From contig JAGBLE010000013.1 in NCBI GenBank assembly GCA_017635565.1, forward strand, positions 1 through 62,056: a stretch of 62,056 bases of DNA, written 5' to 3'. A program made the position numbers and the translations under genes. This document shows, one piece after another, positions 10,901-19,157 of this stretch. Source of the DNA: Bacilli bacterium (GTDB taxonomy: Bacteria > Bacillota_I > Bacilli_A > RFN20 > CAG-826). Below the pieces are notes generated by a model. That model saw only the letters and a program-made list of their open reading frames with translations, was not told the origin of the DNA and searched no databases. Positions within the stretch are counted from its first letter, which is position 1; each line of letters begins with the position of its first letter.

Positions 10901-11519
10901 CTCTGAATTTCTCGACTTTATCCATTGGAAGCAATTTCTTCCATTCTTCATTATCAACAAATTCGACGTTTTGAATTTCGTGAGATGTTCTAAATCCATC
11001 AAAGAAATGGCAGACAGGAGTTTCAGCGTCAATTGCAATTAAGTGAGCAACTGAAGTTAAATCAGCGATTTCTTGAACTGAGTGAGAACAAATCATGGCA
11101 ACGCCAGTTTGTCTAATAGCATAAATATCTTGGTGATCACCAAAGATTGATAAGGAACGTGTCGCTAAGCTACGAGCGGATACGTGTAAGACTACTGGTA
11201 ATAATTCACCGGCCCATTTATAAATGTTAGGAATCATTAAGAGTAAGCCTTGGCTGGCAGTGTAAGTGGCGGCTAAAGCACCGGCTTGAAGAGCACCGTG
11301 AACTGCACCAGAAGCACCGGCTTCAGATTGCATTTCGCTAACTTTTACAACACTTCCAAAAAAGTTTTTTCTTCCTTTGCTGGCTTCAACATCAATAACT
11401 TCTGCCATTGGGCTAGAAGGAGTGATTGGGTAAATTCCAGCAACTTCAATAAAGTTATAGGATTCTAATGCTGCTGCGGTATTTCCATCAACAGAGAGCA
11501 TTGTCTTTTTAACTTCCAT
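7980..11519 (-). CDS. nifJ: Pyruvate:ferredoxin (flavodoxin) oxidoreductase
   Basis: YPITPSS, CIQCNQCAFVCP and CVGCGLCVAEC [4Fe-4S] motifs, ACAGCGETPY, GGDGW TPP motif; start moved to ATG 11519 behind a GGAGG RBS. Confidence 0.97.
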   Translation of the reverse strand: MEVKKTMLSVDGNTAAALESYNFIEVAGIYPITPSSPMAEVIDVEASKGRKNFFGSVVKVSEMQSEAGASGAVHGALQAGALAATYTASQGLLLMIPNIYKWAGELLPVVLHVSARSLATRSLSIFGDHQDIYAIRQTGVAMICSHSVQEIADLTSVAHLIAIDAETPVCHFFDGFRTSHEIQNVEFVDNEEWKKLLPMDKVEKFRARALNPHTHPVTRGGAENDDIYFQGREAQNAHYDKVVEYAEKYFKEATRLTGREYAPFTYYGRKDAERVIVAMGSVTETAKEVIDALPDEKIGLVKVHLYRPFSAKHLLAVLPKSVKRIAVLDRTKEMGATGEPLYLDVVSVIKQAGLDIEVIGGRYGLSSKDTQPKDVKSVYDFLNSDSRHHDFTVGINDDLTHKSIPVDENFHVKADYTSCLFYGLGSDGTVSANKSSIKIIGDATGQYAQAYFAYDSRKAGGVTRSHLRFGKTPIRSTYYVQNANFISCSLDTYLFKFDMIRNLKEGGTFLLNTDMTDEQLIKVMPNRTKYLLAKKHARFFVIDANKIASEIGMGRHTNTILQASFFYLNQDIMPYEEANKWMKKFAEKSYAKKGQEVVELNWKAIDAGTEGLREVKVDPAWEALEPKFERPLTGDEYFDSYVAVMGNLGGDDLPVSKFTEWELLDGTMNPDITYREQRSIADRVPLWHKENCIQCNQCAFVCPHATIRPFLLNEEELANAPELVKNDVKPALGVPGHQYRIQVSPRNCVGCGLCVAECNANKVGKNALEMVEAKSQFPQEEAAEYLFKHVSYKADKLPAAMQETPKGVGFLMPYMEISGACAGCGETPYYRLVSQLFGKDMLVANATGCSSIYSGSTPLTPFCTDKDGQGIAWANSLFEDNAEFGYGMRVATDHKLKAAIEILEAAKERDTVEEELKAKIDEYFANIKNRKESRRIVPELVNLVKASKDEEVKGVLAYERDLQDKSVWIIGGDGWSYDIGYGGLDHVIANEEDVNILVLDTEVYSNTGGQSSKSSQTGSIAKFTAAGKLTPKKNLALIAMSYGTVYVAQIALGSNPVKAIKALKEAESYNGPSLIICYAPCANHGIKGGLSNSMKQEKKAVECGYFQLFRYDPRLVAEGKPGLSIDMPEPDYSKFRDFIMTETRFSQLPKVNPAHAEELLTKAEKYAQDRWNRIKKFGL

Positions 11520-11552
11520 TAGTTTTTTATCCTCCAAAAAATAACCAAAATT

Positions 11553-11581
11553 AATATACACATGTATGAGCGTGTTTACAA
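11553..11581 (-). promoter_or_regulatory. Sigma-A promoter of nifJ
   Basis: TTGTAA-17 nt-TATATT on the minus strand, with TG-rich extended -10. Confidence 0.6.
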
Positions 11582-11584
11582 GGT

Positions 11585-11620
11585 AAAAATAAAAGTAGCC
11601 GATTAGACTACACCGACTAC
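11585..11620 (-). terminator. Terminator after the Rex-like gene
   Basis: GTAGTCGGT-N8-ATCGGCTAC followed by TTTTATTTTT. Confidence 0.7.
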
Positions 11621-11629
11621 ATTTATTGC

Positions 11630-12055
11630 TTATTTCTTATTTTTTCGATTTGCTTGTTCCTCAGTGATTAATTTCTTCAAAATTCTTAAGTCAGTATCAC
11701 TAAGAGAAACATTTCGATCAAGTAGGCCACCAACGGAAGTCATTTTTTGATATATGAAATCGTTGATTGATTCAAATTTTTCTAAATCTTTTTTCTTAAC
11801 TGCCACTTTTTTATTATTCAAATTTTTGTTCTCTTCTTGATTAATGACAAATTGTTTCATCACTGGAACTAATTCCATTAAATTGAATTCAGGATCCATC
11901 TTTAAAGTAGGCTCAAAATACGAAAGAGTGTCGCTAATGATTTCTGGATAATTTCCAACCACCCGAGAAAGTCTTTCACTTGTCACATATTTGCGGTTTA
12001 TTTTTGCTATACCACTTAAATACTTCTTAATTTCAGAAACCTTTGGTTCATTCAT
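11630..12055 (-). CDS. Hypothetical protein with a Rex-like N-terminal winged-helix domain
   Basis: KYVTSERLSRVVGNYPEIISDTLSYF resembles the Rex wHTH (xxSSxELxxxxGxxxxxIRxDLSYF); no Rossmann domain; ATG 12055 behind a GGTGG RBS. Confidence 0.55.
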   Translation of the reverse strand: MNEPKVSEIKKYLSGIAKINRKYVTSERLSRVVGNYPEIISDTLSYFEPTLKMDPEFNLMELVPVMKQFVINQEENKNLNNKKVAVKKKDLEKFESINDFIYQKMTSVGGLLDRNVSLSDTDLRILKKLITEEQANRKNKK

Positions 12056-12166
12056 AATTATCACCACCTACTAAAATAATTTTATCACAGTAAAGAACTC
12101 ACGAAGAAAAAAGTGTTGAAAAATACTCTTATTATTCTTTTATAATTATATTATCGGAGGAAAAAT

Positions 12167-13141
12167 ATGACAAATTTCCAAGTATACAAAAAAACACTTT
12201 CTTTTTCGTTTCTCCAATTCGTTTTTGGAATGATTAGTCTCGGTGGACTTATTGGCTGTTGTGTCGGTGGATTTTATATCGCTGAAGGAATGGCGAGTAG
12301 CAAAGGATTAATCGGACTTGCTGTTGGACTTGTTATTGGAATAATTATTGCTATTCTAATTAACTATTTAATTTTAAATAGAATTAAAGCTGCTCAAATC
12401 GCAATGATGACCAAAGGAGTTACTGAAGGAGAATTACCAGATCACGTCACTCACGCTGGCTTTGAAGAAATTAAAGGAAGATTTGGTAAAATTACAGTTT
12501 TCTTCTTTGTCACTGGCGCAATTAAAGGCGTTTTTAGACAAATTGGAAGATCAATTAATCGAATTGGAACAGCGGTAGGTGGAGAAGTTGGAAACGGGAT
12601 TACATCAGCTATCGATTCCGCTATTCAAACTTTAATCGATTATTTATGCGATTGCTGTTTAGGATGGGTTTTATATCGCAAAGACATGAATTCTGCTGCT
12701 GCAGCGTGTGAAGGAGCAGTTATCTTCTTCAAACACGGCAAAACATTAATTCGTAATGTTGGAAGAATTTTTGGAATGGGTTTATTATCACTTGTTTTAT
12801 TTGGAGGAGCATTCTTTGGAATTATTTATGTAACTCTTCTACAGTTCCCTCAAATGTTTGACGCCCTTATTGCCGAAATCACAAACGCCGCTGCCGAGAG
12901 CGGTAGCCAAGTCAGTGAGATTGTCACTAACCCTACCACTTTCGTTATTTTTGTTTCTGCTTTAAGTGCGGTTATTATTTGGTCAATTCTACATTCAGTT
13001 ATCGTTAGACCATTTATTTTAGTTGGTGTTCTTCGTAACTTCATGGAAGCCGGTAAAGCACATATGCCTACTGAAGCAGATCTTGAAGAACTCGAAAGAA
13101 CTTCACCAAAATTTGCTAAATTAAGAAAAAACAACATATAG
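12167..13141 (+). CDS. Conserved hypothetical membrane protein
   Basis: GGAGG RBS; about four hydrophobic segments; own terminator. Confidence 0.75.
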   Translation: MTNFQVYKKTLSFSFLQFVFGMISLGGLIGCCVGGFYIAEGMASSKGLIGLAVGLVIGIIIAILINYLILNRIKAAQIAMMTKGVTEGELPDHVTHAGFEEIKGRFGKITVFFFVTGAIKGVFRQIGRSINRIGTAVGGEVGNGITSAIDSAIQTLIDYLCDCCLGWVLYRKDMNSAAAACEGAVIFFKHGKTLIRNVGRIFGMGLLSLVLFGGAFFGIIYVTLLQFPQMFDALIAEITNAAAESGSQVSEIVTNPTTFVIFVSALSAVIIWSILHSVIVRPFILVGVLRNFMEAGKAHMPTEADLEELERTSPKFAKLRKNNI

Positions 13142-13159
13142 CGGTTATCTTAATATTAG

Positions 13160-13188
13160 AAAGAGGAAGATATTTCTTCTTCTTTTTA
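13160..13188 (+). terminator. Terminator for 12167..13141
   Basis: AGAGGAAGA-tatt-TCTTCTTCT followed by a T-run. Confidence 0.65.
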
Positions 13189-13193
13189 TTTGC

Positions 13194-13222
13194 AAAACAA
13201 AAGACCTCTTTATAAGAGGCCT
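13194..13222 (-). terminator. Terminator for the aquaporin gene
   Basis: Minus strand GGCCTCTT-ata-AAGAGGTC followed by TTTTGTTTT. Confidence 0.7.
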
Positions 13223-13240
13223 CTGTTTTTTAAGTAAAAA

Positions 13241-13987
13241 TTATTCAGCTTTTGCTTCTTCTTTGCCTTTGGTGAGGAGTCCGTAGACAACCGCTGCAAG
13301 AGCAGCACCAGCAAGAGGAGCAAGAATCCAAATCCAAACTTGGGTTAATGAAGTAGTATTACCAGTAATTGCTTGTAAGACAGCAGGAGCTAAGCTTCTT
13401 GCTGGGTTAACAGAAGTACCAGTGAATCCTAATCCCATTAAGTGAACTAAGGCGAGAACTAAGCCGATGACAATACCAGCGTGTTTTCCATCGTGATATC
13501 TCTTGTCGGTAACACCTAAAATAGCAATGACGAAGACAAATGTTAATAATACTTCAACGAAGAAGGCCGCTAATAAGGACCAAACGTCTGCGACTAAAAC
13601 GCCATCAACTTCGACTTTAAGGAAGTCTTGGACTTCGTTTCCGCCTAAAGCTCCGAAATTGCCTCTTAAGCAAAGGGCAAGGAATAAAGATCCGATGAAA
13701 GCACCAACAGTTTGAGCTAAGACATAGAAACAGAAATCTTTTAAGGAAATTTGTTTTCTAATTAACATTGCTAAACTGACTGCAGGATTAATGTGGCAAC
13801 CAGAAATATTTCCGATTGAATAAGCCATTGCAACAATAACTAAGCCGAAAGCAAATGAAGTGGCAACCCACCATCCGCCAACGCCTAATGCATATTGTTG
13901 GCCAATTACTGCGACACCACATGCAACTAAAGTTAATACAGCAGTGCCAACACATTCTGCCAAATACTTTTTCCAGTTTTCTTTCAT
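13241..13987 (-). CDS. aqpZ: MIP-family channel (aquaporin Z-like)
   Basis: Two NPA boxes (HINPAVS, SVNPARS), about six TMs; start moved to ATG 13987 behind an AAGGA RBS. Confidence 0.88.
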   Translation of the reverse strand: MKENWKKYLAECVGTAVLTLVACGVAVIGQQYALGVGGWWVATSFAFGLVIVAMAYSIGNISGCHINPAVSLAMLIRKQISLKDFCFYVLAQTVGAFIGSLFLALCLRGNFGALGGNEVQDFLKVEVDGVLVADVWSLLAAFFVEVLLTFVFVIAILGVTDKRYHDGKHAGIVIGLVLALVHLMGLGFTGTSVNPARSLAPAVLQAITGNTTSLTQVWIWILAPLAGAALAAVVYGLLTKGKEEAKAE

Positions 13988-14000
13988 GAATTTTTCCTTT

Positions 14001-14909
14001 CTACAATTCATTTTTATCTGAATGCGAGAAATATTTTACATTGTCTATGACAACTTTTGCAATAAATATGAAAATTATGGAAAGTAAAGCGCCCATTGAG
14101 ACATCGGATAAGAAATGAGCACCGACTCTCATTCTGGCAAACGAGACTAAAAGTGTCCAAATAAATCCACAGCCGAATAAAACATACGAAATCTTTTCAT
14201 ATTTTTTATCAATATAAGGTAAGAATAATGATGACATTAAGAAGACACCACAAGTTCCAGCGTGTCCACTTGGGAAGGACTTGAATTCTTCAGAAAGAAC
14301 TCCGTAGTCATTAATAAATGTCTTGTAATCACTACAAACTGACCACCAGTTATGATATTCAAGGCCACTAACTGTGCCTAAACTTCTAAATCTTGGGCGA
14401 TGGAAAATCGATTTAAGTAAAGTTACTCCACCGATTAAAGCTACGCCAATGGCTAAAGCTAAAATGATATAAATAAGCCAAAGCTTATCATTATTTGTTT
14501 TACAAGTGATTTTATATCCTAAAAATCCAATTGCAGCGTCAACTGGTAAAGCGATTAATAGTCCAAAGAGCGGATTGATGTTTAAATAATCAAATCCATT
14601 TGGTCCAAAAAATTCTTTTCCAATGAAATAAACAGATAATCCAAACGAGAGAATTCCAAAACCAACATTGAAATATTTCCAAAATTTATGTGGATATTCT
14701 CTTTTTATTCCTAAATATACGAGGCCACCTCCTAAAAAGGCCAATACACCATATCCAGGAATTGTTCCAATAACGGAAATAACTAATCCGAAAGTGTCTT
14801 TGTTACTAAATAAGGCGTCATTAATCTGGTAATCAAAAAATGAACCAACGATAAAAGTAGCCACTAGCAAAGCAAAGACTAGGTAAACGTGTAAATATAT
14901 TTTTTTCAT
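14001..14909 (-). CDS. PAP2-family membrane phosphatase
   Basis: KSIFHRPR, SFPSGH and ARMRVGAHFLSDV motifs; multiple TMs. Confidence 0.88.
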   Translation of the reverse strand: MKKIYLHVYLVFALLVATFIVGSFFDYQINDALFSNKDTFGLVISVIGTIPGYGVLAFLGGGLVYLGIKREYPHKFWKYFNVGFGILSFGLSVYFIGKEFFGPNGFDYLNINPLFGLLIALPVDAAIGFLGYKITCKTNNDKLWLIYIILALAIGVALIGGVTLLKSIFHRPRFRSLGTVSGLEYHNWWSVCSDYKTFINDYGVLSEEFKSFPSGHAGTCGVFLMSSLFLPYIDKKYEKISYVLFGCGFIWTLLVSFARMRVGAHFLSDVSMGALLSIIFIFIAKVVIDNVKYFSHSDKNEL

Positions 14910-14942
14910 AACAAGAATATTATAAACCTTGTTTTAAAAATT

Positions 14943-15869
14943 TCATTCGTCAAATAATGGAGTGCTTAAATATCGATCACCACTATCAGGGAAAATGACG
15001 ACAACATTTTTATCACTCTCATTAATATTTTTGGCGATTTTAATCGCTCCTGCTAAAGCAGCACCAGAAGAAATACCCACTAAGAAACCCTCTAAATGTG
15101 ACACTAATCTTCCATATTCAAAAGCATCTTCATTACTAATTGGAATTATTTCATCTAAAACTTCTAAATCTAATGTATCAGGAATAAATCCCGCTCCAAT
15201 TCCTTGAATTTTATGTGGCCCTGGTTTTTCTCCAGATATAACAGCGGAAGAAGATGGTTCTACTCCCACAACTTTAATTCCTTCAATTCTTTCTTTTAAA
15301 TATTGTCCTGTTCCAGATATTGTTCCACCTGTTCCAATGCCAGCGACAAGATAATCAACTTTTCCATTTAAATCATCAAATATTTCCGGACCAGTTGTTT
15401 GATAATGCGCTCTTGGATTAGCAGGATTTTCAAATTGTCCCAGAATGATTGAATGAGGGATTTCTTTAGAAAGTTCTTTGGCTTTATTAATCGCGCCTTT
15501 CATTCCTAAAGGCCCTTCGGTTAAAACAATTTCTGCTCCATAAGCCTTTAAAAGCTTTCTTCTTTCTATGGACATTGTTTCTGGCATTGTTAAGATGCAG
15601 CGATATCCTTTCATCGCGGCAATAGAAGCAATACCTATACCTGTATTTCCACTTGTTGGTTCAATAATTACTGAATCATCGGTTAATAATCCTTTTTCTT
15701 CAGCGTCTTCAATCATTGCTAAAGCAATTCTGTCTTTGACAGAACCTGCAGGATTAAATAACTCAACTTTCGCGTACAAGTGACAATTAAGATCATACTC
15801 TTTTTCAATATGTTGAAGTTCAATTAGAGGTGTATTTCCCACTAATTCGTAAGTATTTTTGACAAGCAT
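14943..15869 (-). CDS. cysK: Cysteine synthase A
   Basis: GNTPL, NPAGSVKDR (PLP lysine), EPTSGNTG, GTGGT and HKIQGIG; start moved to ATG 15869 behind GGAGG. Confidence 0.96.
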   Translation of the reverse strand: MLVKNTYELVGNTPLIELQHIEKEYDLNCHLYAKVELFNPAGSVKDRIALAMIEDAEEKGLLTDDSVIIEPTSGNTGIGIASIAAMKGYRCILTMPETMSIERRKLLKAYGAEIVLTEGPLGMKGAINKAKELSKEIPHSIILGQFENPANPRAHYQTTGPEIFDDLNGKVDYLVAGIGTGGTISGTGQYLKERIEGIKVVGVEPSSSAVISGEKPGPHKIQGIGAGFIPDTLDLEVLDEIIPISNEDAFEYGRLVSHLEGFLVGISSGAALAGAIKIAKNINESDKNVVVIFPDSGDRYLSTPLFDE

Positions 15870-15933
15870 AAGGCTTTCCTCCAAATATACCTTAATAATA
15901 AGAATATTAATAATATGTGTCAAAAGATGTGAT

Positions 15934-15960
15934 AAAAAAAATGGGCAAGGCCCATTCTTT
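15934..15960 (-). terminator. Terminator ending the lipoprotein cluster
   Basis: AATGGGC-N3-GCCCATT with T-runs on both strands. Confidence 0.75.
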
Positions 15961-15963
15961 TTC

Positions 15964-16836
15964 TTATAGTAGAGCGATATCAATGATAAAGGCGGAATAA
16001 TAAAGGCTATAATAGAAGACAATCATATAATTATTATTTCCTGGATAAGCATAATAATAAAATCCATCTTCATATCCTTGATAATCATTAACGCTTCTTA
16101 ATCTATTTCCGAGAGTTTCTTCATATGAATTATATGGATAAATGTCATAAGAAGCAGATAAAAGAGTAGAGATATATTCTTCTTCTAATAAATAACTCGC
16201 TCCATCTCCAGCGACTGAAATAGTTAAGCAGCTATATCCTTCGCCATAAATATAAAACGAGAAATCAAATTCAAGATTCTCTCCATTAAGAGCGGGAATC
16301 TCTTCTCCTAAAAGATGCTTAACCGCATTGTTTGGGAAAGAACTTGGATTTAAATTAGGAAGATATGTATAACAAAATAATCCTAAGCAACCTTTAAGAA
16401 CCCCGTTATACGCTTTTTGAGAAGCGATACCTAAAATCTCAACCGCTACTTCTTCATTTAAAACCTTATCAGCGTATAGTGTTTGCGCTTCAAAATAGGA
16501 ATAGTCGGTTTCATCATAATAATATTGATTTTTAACTTCGCATTGATAACGATCTTGTTCATAACATGCGTAAGCGTATTCCACTAATTTATTTTCAGCA
16601 ACTTCTTGGCTTTCATAATATAAATAGAAATTAATTTCTAAATCACCATAAGCATCAGTGATAACTTCATATTCAAAAGCCTCACTTTCAATATATGGAA
16701 TAACCACTCCAATCGCATCATATGACGCTTTTGCCGCCTCTTCACCCCATTTAGAATTTTTAATTGCGTCATTATTAGAGGCACAAGAAAATAACAAAGT
16801 AGAAGTAATTAAGGAGAACAAAATTTTCTTCTTCAT
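15964..16836 (-). CDS. Acidic Tyr-rich lipoprotein of unknown function
   Basis: Signal peptide with lipobox LFSC; two copies of an internal W/F..G..IP domain. Confidence 0.8.
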   Translation of the reverse strand: MKKKILFSLITSTLLFSCASNNDAIKNSKWGEEAAKASYDAIGVVIPYIESEAFEYEVITDAYGDLEINFYLYYESQEVAENKLVEYAYACYEQDRYQCEVKNQYYYDETDYSYFEAQTLYADKVLNEEVAVEILGIASQKAYNGVLKGCLGLFCYTYLPNLNPSSFPNNAVKHLLGEEIPALNGENLEFDFSFYIYGEGYSCLTISVAGDGASYLLEEEYISTLLSASYDIYPYNSYEETLGNRLRSVNDYQGYEDGFYYYAYPGNNNYMIVFYYSLYYSAFIIDIALL

Positions 16837-16852
16837 AAATTAATTATTTTCC

Positions 16853-19144
16853 TTATTTAGAAAGAGAAATTCCGTTAGAGGCATTACCAATAACATATTC
16901 TCCATCTCCATCAATAAATCTGAATTCAATGGATTCTTTATCACTAGATAATGTAAATCTAATAATTCCGTTTTCTTCGGTTAAGAATTCATAAATTCCT
17001 GTATCAGAATCAAATCCATCAAATGAAGCTTTATATTCAGTTTTGAGTTCAATTCCCGCTACTTTGGTTAACAAAGTCAAAGTTGCACTTGTTGAATTAT
17101 TGATTTTGAAAGAAACATCAAATAATGTTCCATTAACATTTACTCCACTTGAAGAGAATGTTTGACCGATGAGGTTATATTCTGGATCATCAATATATTC
17201 TTGAGTGTAAGTTTTAATGACAAATTCATTAGAAACAACTCCATTAGTGACACTTGTTGCGGTAATAACTGCTTCTCCAACTGTTAAAGCAGTAACCATT
17301 CCACGATTATCAACTTTGACAATTTCTGGATTGCTTGATGCCCATTTAACATTTTTATTTGAAGCATTGGCTGGTGAAACAGTTGCGCTTAATTTCATTG
17401 AACTTCCAACTTTTAATTTATTCCTGAATCCATTAACTTCAATTCCAGTAACTGGGACCGCTAAAGTGTCATCATAATTGATACAGCTTTCATTAGCACC
17501 AAAAACAAAATTAAATAAATCGAGCCAGAAGCCAAAACCGATTGAGTGTTTAGTGGTAAAGACAAGTTTGACCATTGAAGCAGGTTCAAATTCTCTTGTT
17601 AAAATTTTTGGAGTCATTCCACTGCTGGTGGTTTTAGCAATTTCAGTAGTGATTTCTTCGGTAATATCAATTACTGACCAATTTTCGCCATCATTACTAG
17701 TTTTAATAAATGCACTTCCAACTTTTGATAAGTTAGTAATATGTGAAGAGAATTGTAATCCGTATAAGAAGGAAATTGAACTGACTTGTTGAGCTTCAAA
17801 ATCGAAAAATACTTCATTTCCTTCACGTTCACGATATGAATCATTCATGTGTTGAGAAGTTCCCCAATCAACCATAATTGCATTAGTGTCATCGACTTTA
17901 ATATCTCCATTTACTGTCGAAGAGATATTTGCTAAATACGAAGTAATAACGAAAGGAGCCTCAGTTTTAATGTTATTTGTCGCATTAATTTTATATGCAT
18001 CATCTCCTAAAGACTCGCTATCGGTAAATAAGAAACTATATACATCATTTTCACCAACTTCAATTTCTTTTGGAGCGTTGACTTTAACTTTTAAATGTTG
18101 AGAAGAAATGACTTGATTTTCTCCATTTGTGTGAGTGACATAAATCTCTGCTTCTCCTTCTCGAAGAGCGGTTAAATATTTGTGACCACTTTGCCAATTT
18201 AAGAAAGAATCAAAAGTAACGACTTCATTATTAGAAGAAGCCCATCTTACTTCTTTCTTATTAGCGTTATCTGGAGTGTAGGTAAATGAGAGATCAATCG
18301 TATCATCTGGATAAAGAATGATATCAAAATTTTCATCTGAATCAACTTCTTCGTTAATATTGATTACTAAGGTTTCAATATAAACATCAGGAGCTTCTTC
18401 ATGCCCAATCATTTCCTCATAAGTTTTAATTGTACTTTCACTAATTTCTGGAGGAAGAGGGGAAGTCGGAGAGGTGGTTGAACCAAAATTACTTAATTGG
18501 ATTTGAAATCCGATTGAGTCATCATTTGGATCATCATATCCTCTTATCTTTGTGAAATAACCATCATCATTAACTTGAATATCAATATAATGAATATCAT
18601 TAGTTAGATAAGTGAATTTTAATCCTTCAAGGACTTTATCAATTGCGTTTTCTTTAACGACATATAAACCTAAGATGTTTTCAACATCATCTTCACTAAT
18701 AACGTTTAAGAAATAAGGCATATAGAAATAAGCGTAATCGATTCCTACTTTAATTCCTTTTGAACCAGTTGAAATCCAACCACTTGTCACATATGAATTT
18801 GTTTGCTTCCAATATGCGTAGCTTTCTCCTTCGTAATATGAATAAAACATCCAGGCAAATTCATTACCATACATCTCTGCGGTATTTCCGTCATAGACTG
18901 CAACAAAATCATGTTCTCCAAAGTAATATTCATATCCATATTCTTCTCCGAAAGAAGCAGAATTTAAAGCGTAAGAAACAGTCATATTCGTGTAATCTTT
19001 TTCTTTTGCTTCTTTAAAAGTACTTCCGTGGATAACTGGTGGAGGTACATCTCCTCCTGGATCTTTTTCTCCACTATAAGAGTTACATCCAATAAGAGAC
19101 ATAAGTCCTGCTAATGGGAGTATAAATAATAATTTCTTTTGCAT
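16853..19144 (-). CDS. Lipoprotein with Ig-like (Big_2) domains
   Basis: Lipobox LIGC; PDNANKKEVRWASSN and VSPANASNKNVKWASSNPEIVKVDNRGMVTA Big_2 motifs. Confidence 0.85.
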   Translation of the reverse strand: MQKKLLFILPLAGLMSLIGCNSYSGEKDPGGDVPPPVIHGSTFKEAKEKDYTNMTVSYALNSASFGEEYGYEYYFGEHDFVAVYDGNTAEMYGNEFAWMFYSYYEGESYAYWKQTNSYVTSGWISTGSKGIKVGIDYAYFYMPYFLNVISEDDVENILGLYVVKENAIDKVLEGLKFTYLTNDIHYIDIQVNDDGYFTKIRGYDDPNDDSIGFQIQLSNFGSTTSPTSPLPPEISESTIKTYEEMIGHEEAPDVYIETLVININEEVDSDENFDIILYPDDTIDLSFTYTPDNANKKEVRWASSNNEVVTFDSFLNWQSGHKYLTALREGEAEIYVTHTNGENQVISSQHLKVKVNAPKEIEVGENDVYSFLFTDSESLGDDAYKINATNNIKTEAPFVITSYLANISSTVNGDIKVDDTNAIMVDWGTSQHMNDSYREREGNEVFFDFEAQQVSSISFLYGLQFSSHITNLSKVGSAFIKTSNDGENWSVIDITEEITTEIAKTTSSGMTPKILTREFEPASMVKLVFTTKHSIGFGFWLDLFNFVFGANESCINYDDTLAVPVTGIEVNGFRNKLKVGSSMKLSATVSPANASNKNVKWASSNPEIVKVDNRGMVTALTVGEAVITATSVTNGVVSNEFVIKTYTQEYIDDPEYNLIGQTFSSSGVNVNGTLFDVSFKINNSTSATLTLLTKVAGIELKTEYKASFDGFDSDTGIYEFLTEENGIIRFTLSSDKESIEFRFIDGDGEYVIGNASNGISLSK

Positions 19145-19157
19145 ATAATTCTCCTAA

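Noticed and set aside
15870-16022. N-terminal extension of CysK (and similar ORF-track extensions of ppaX, nifJ, aqpZ and GT4)
   Set aside because: The CysK extension runs across a terminator into the neighbouring gene; in each case a downstream start with an RBS or translational coupling fits the family N-terminus better.
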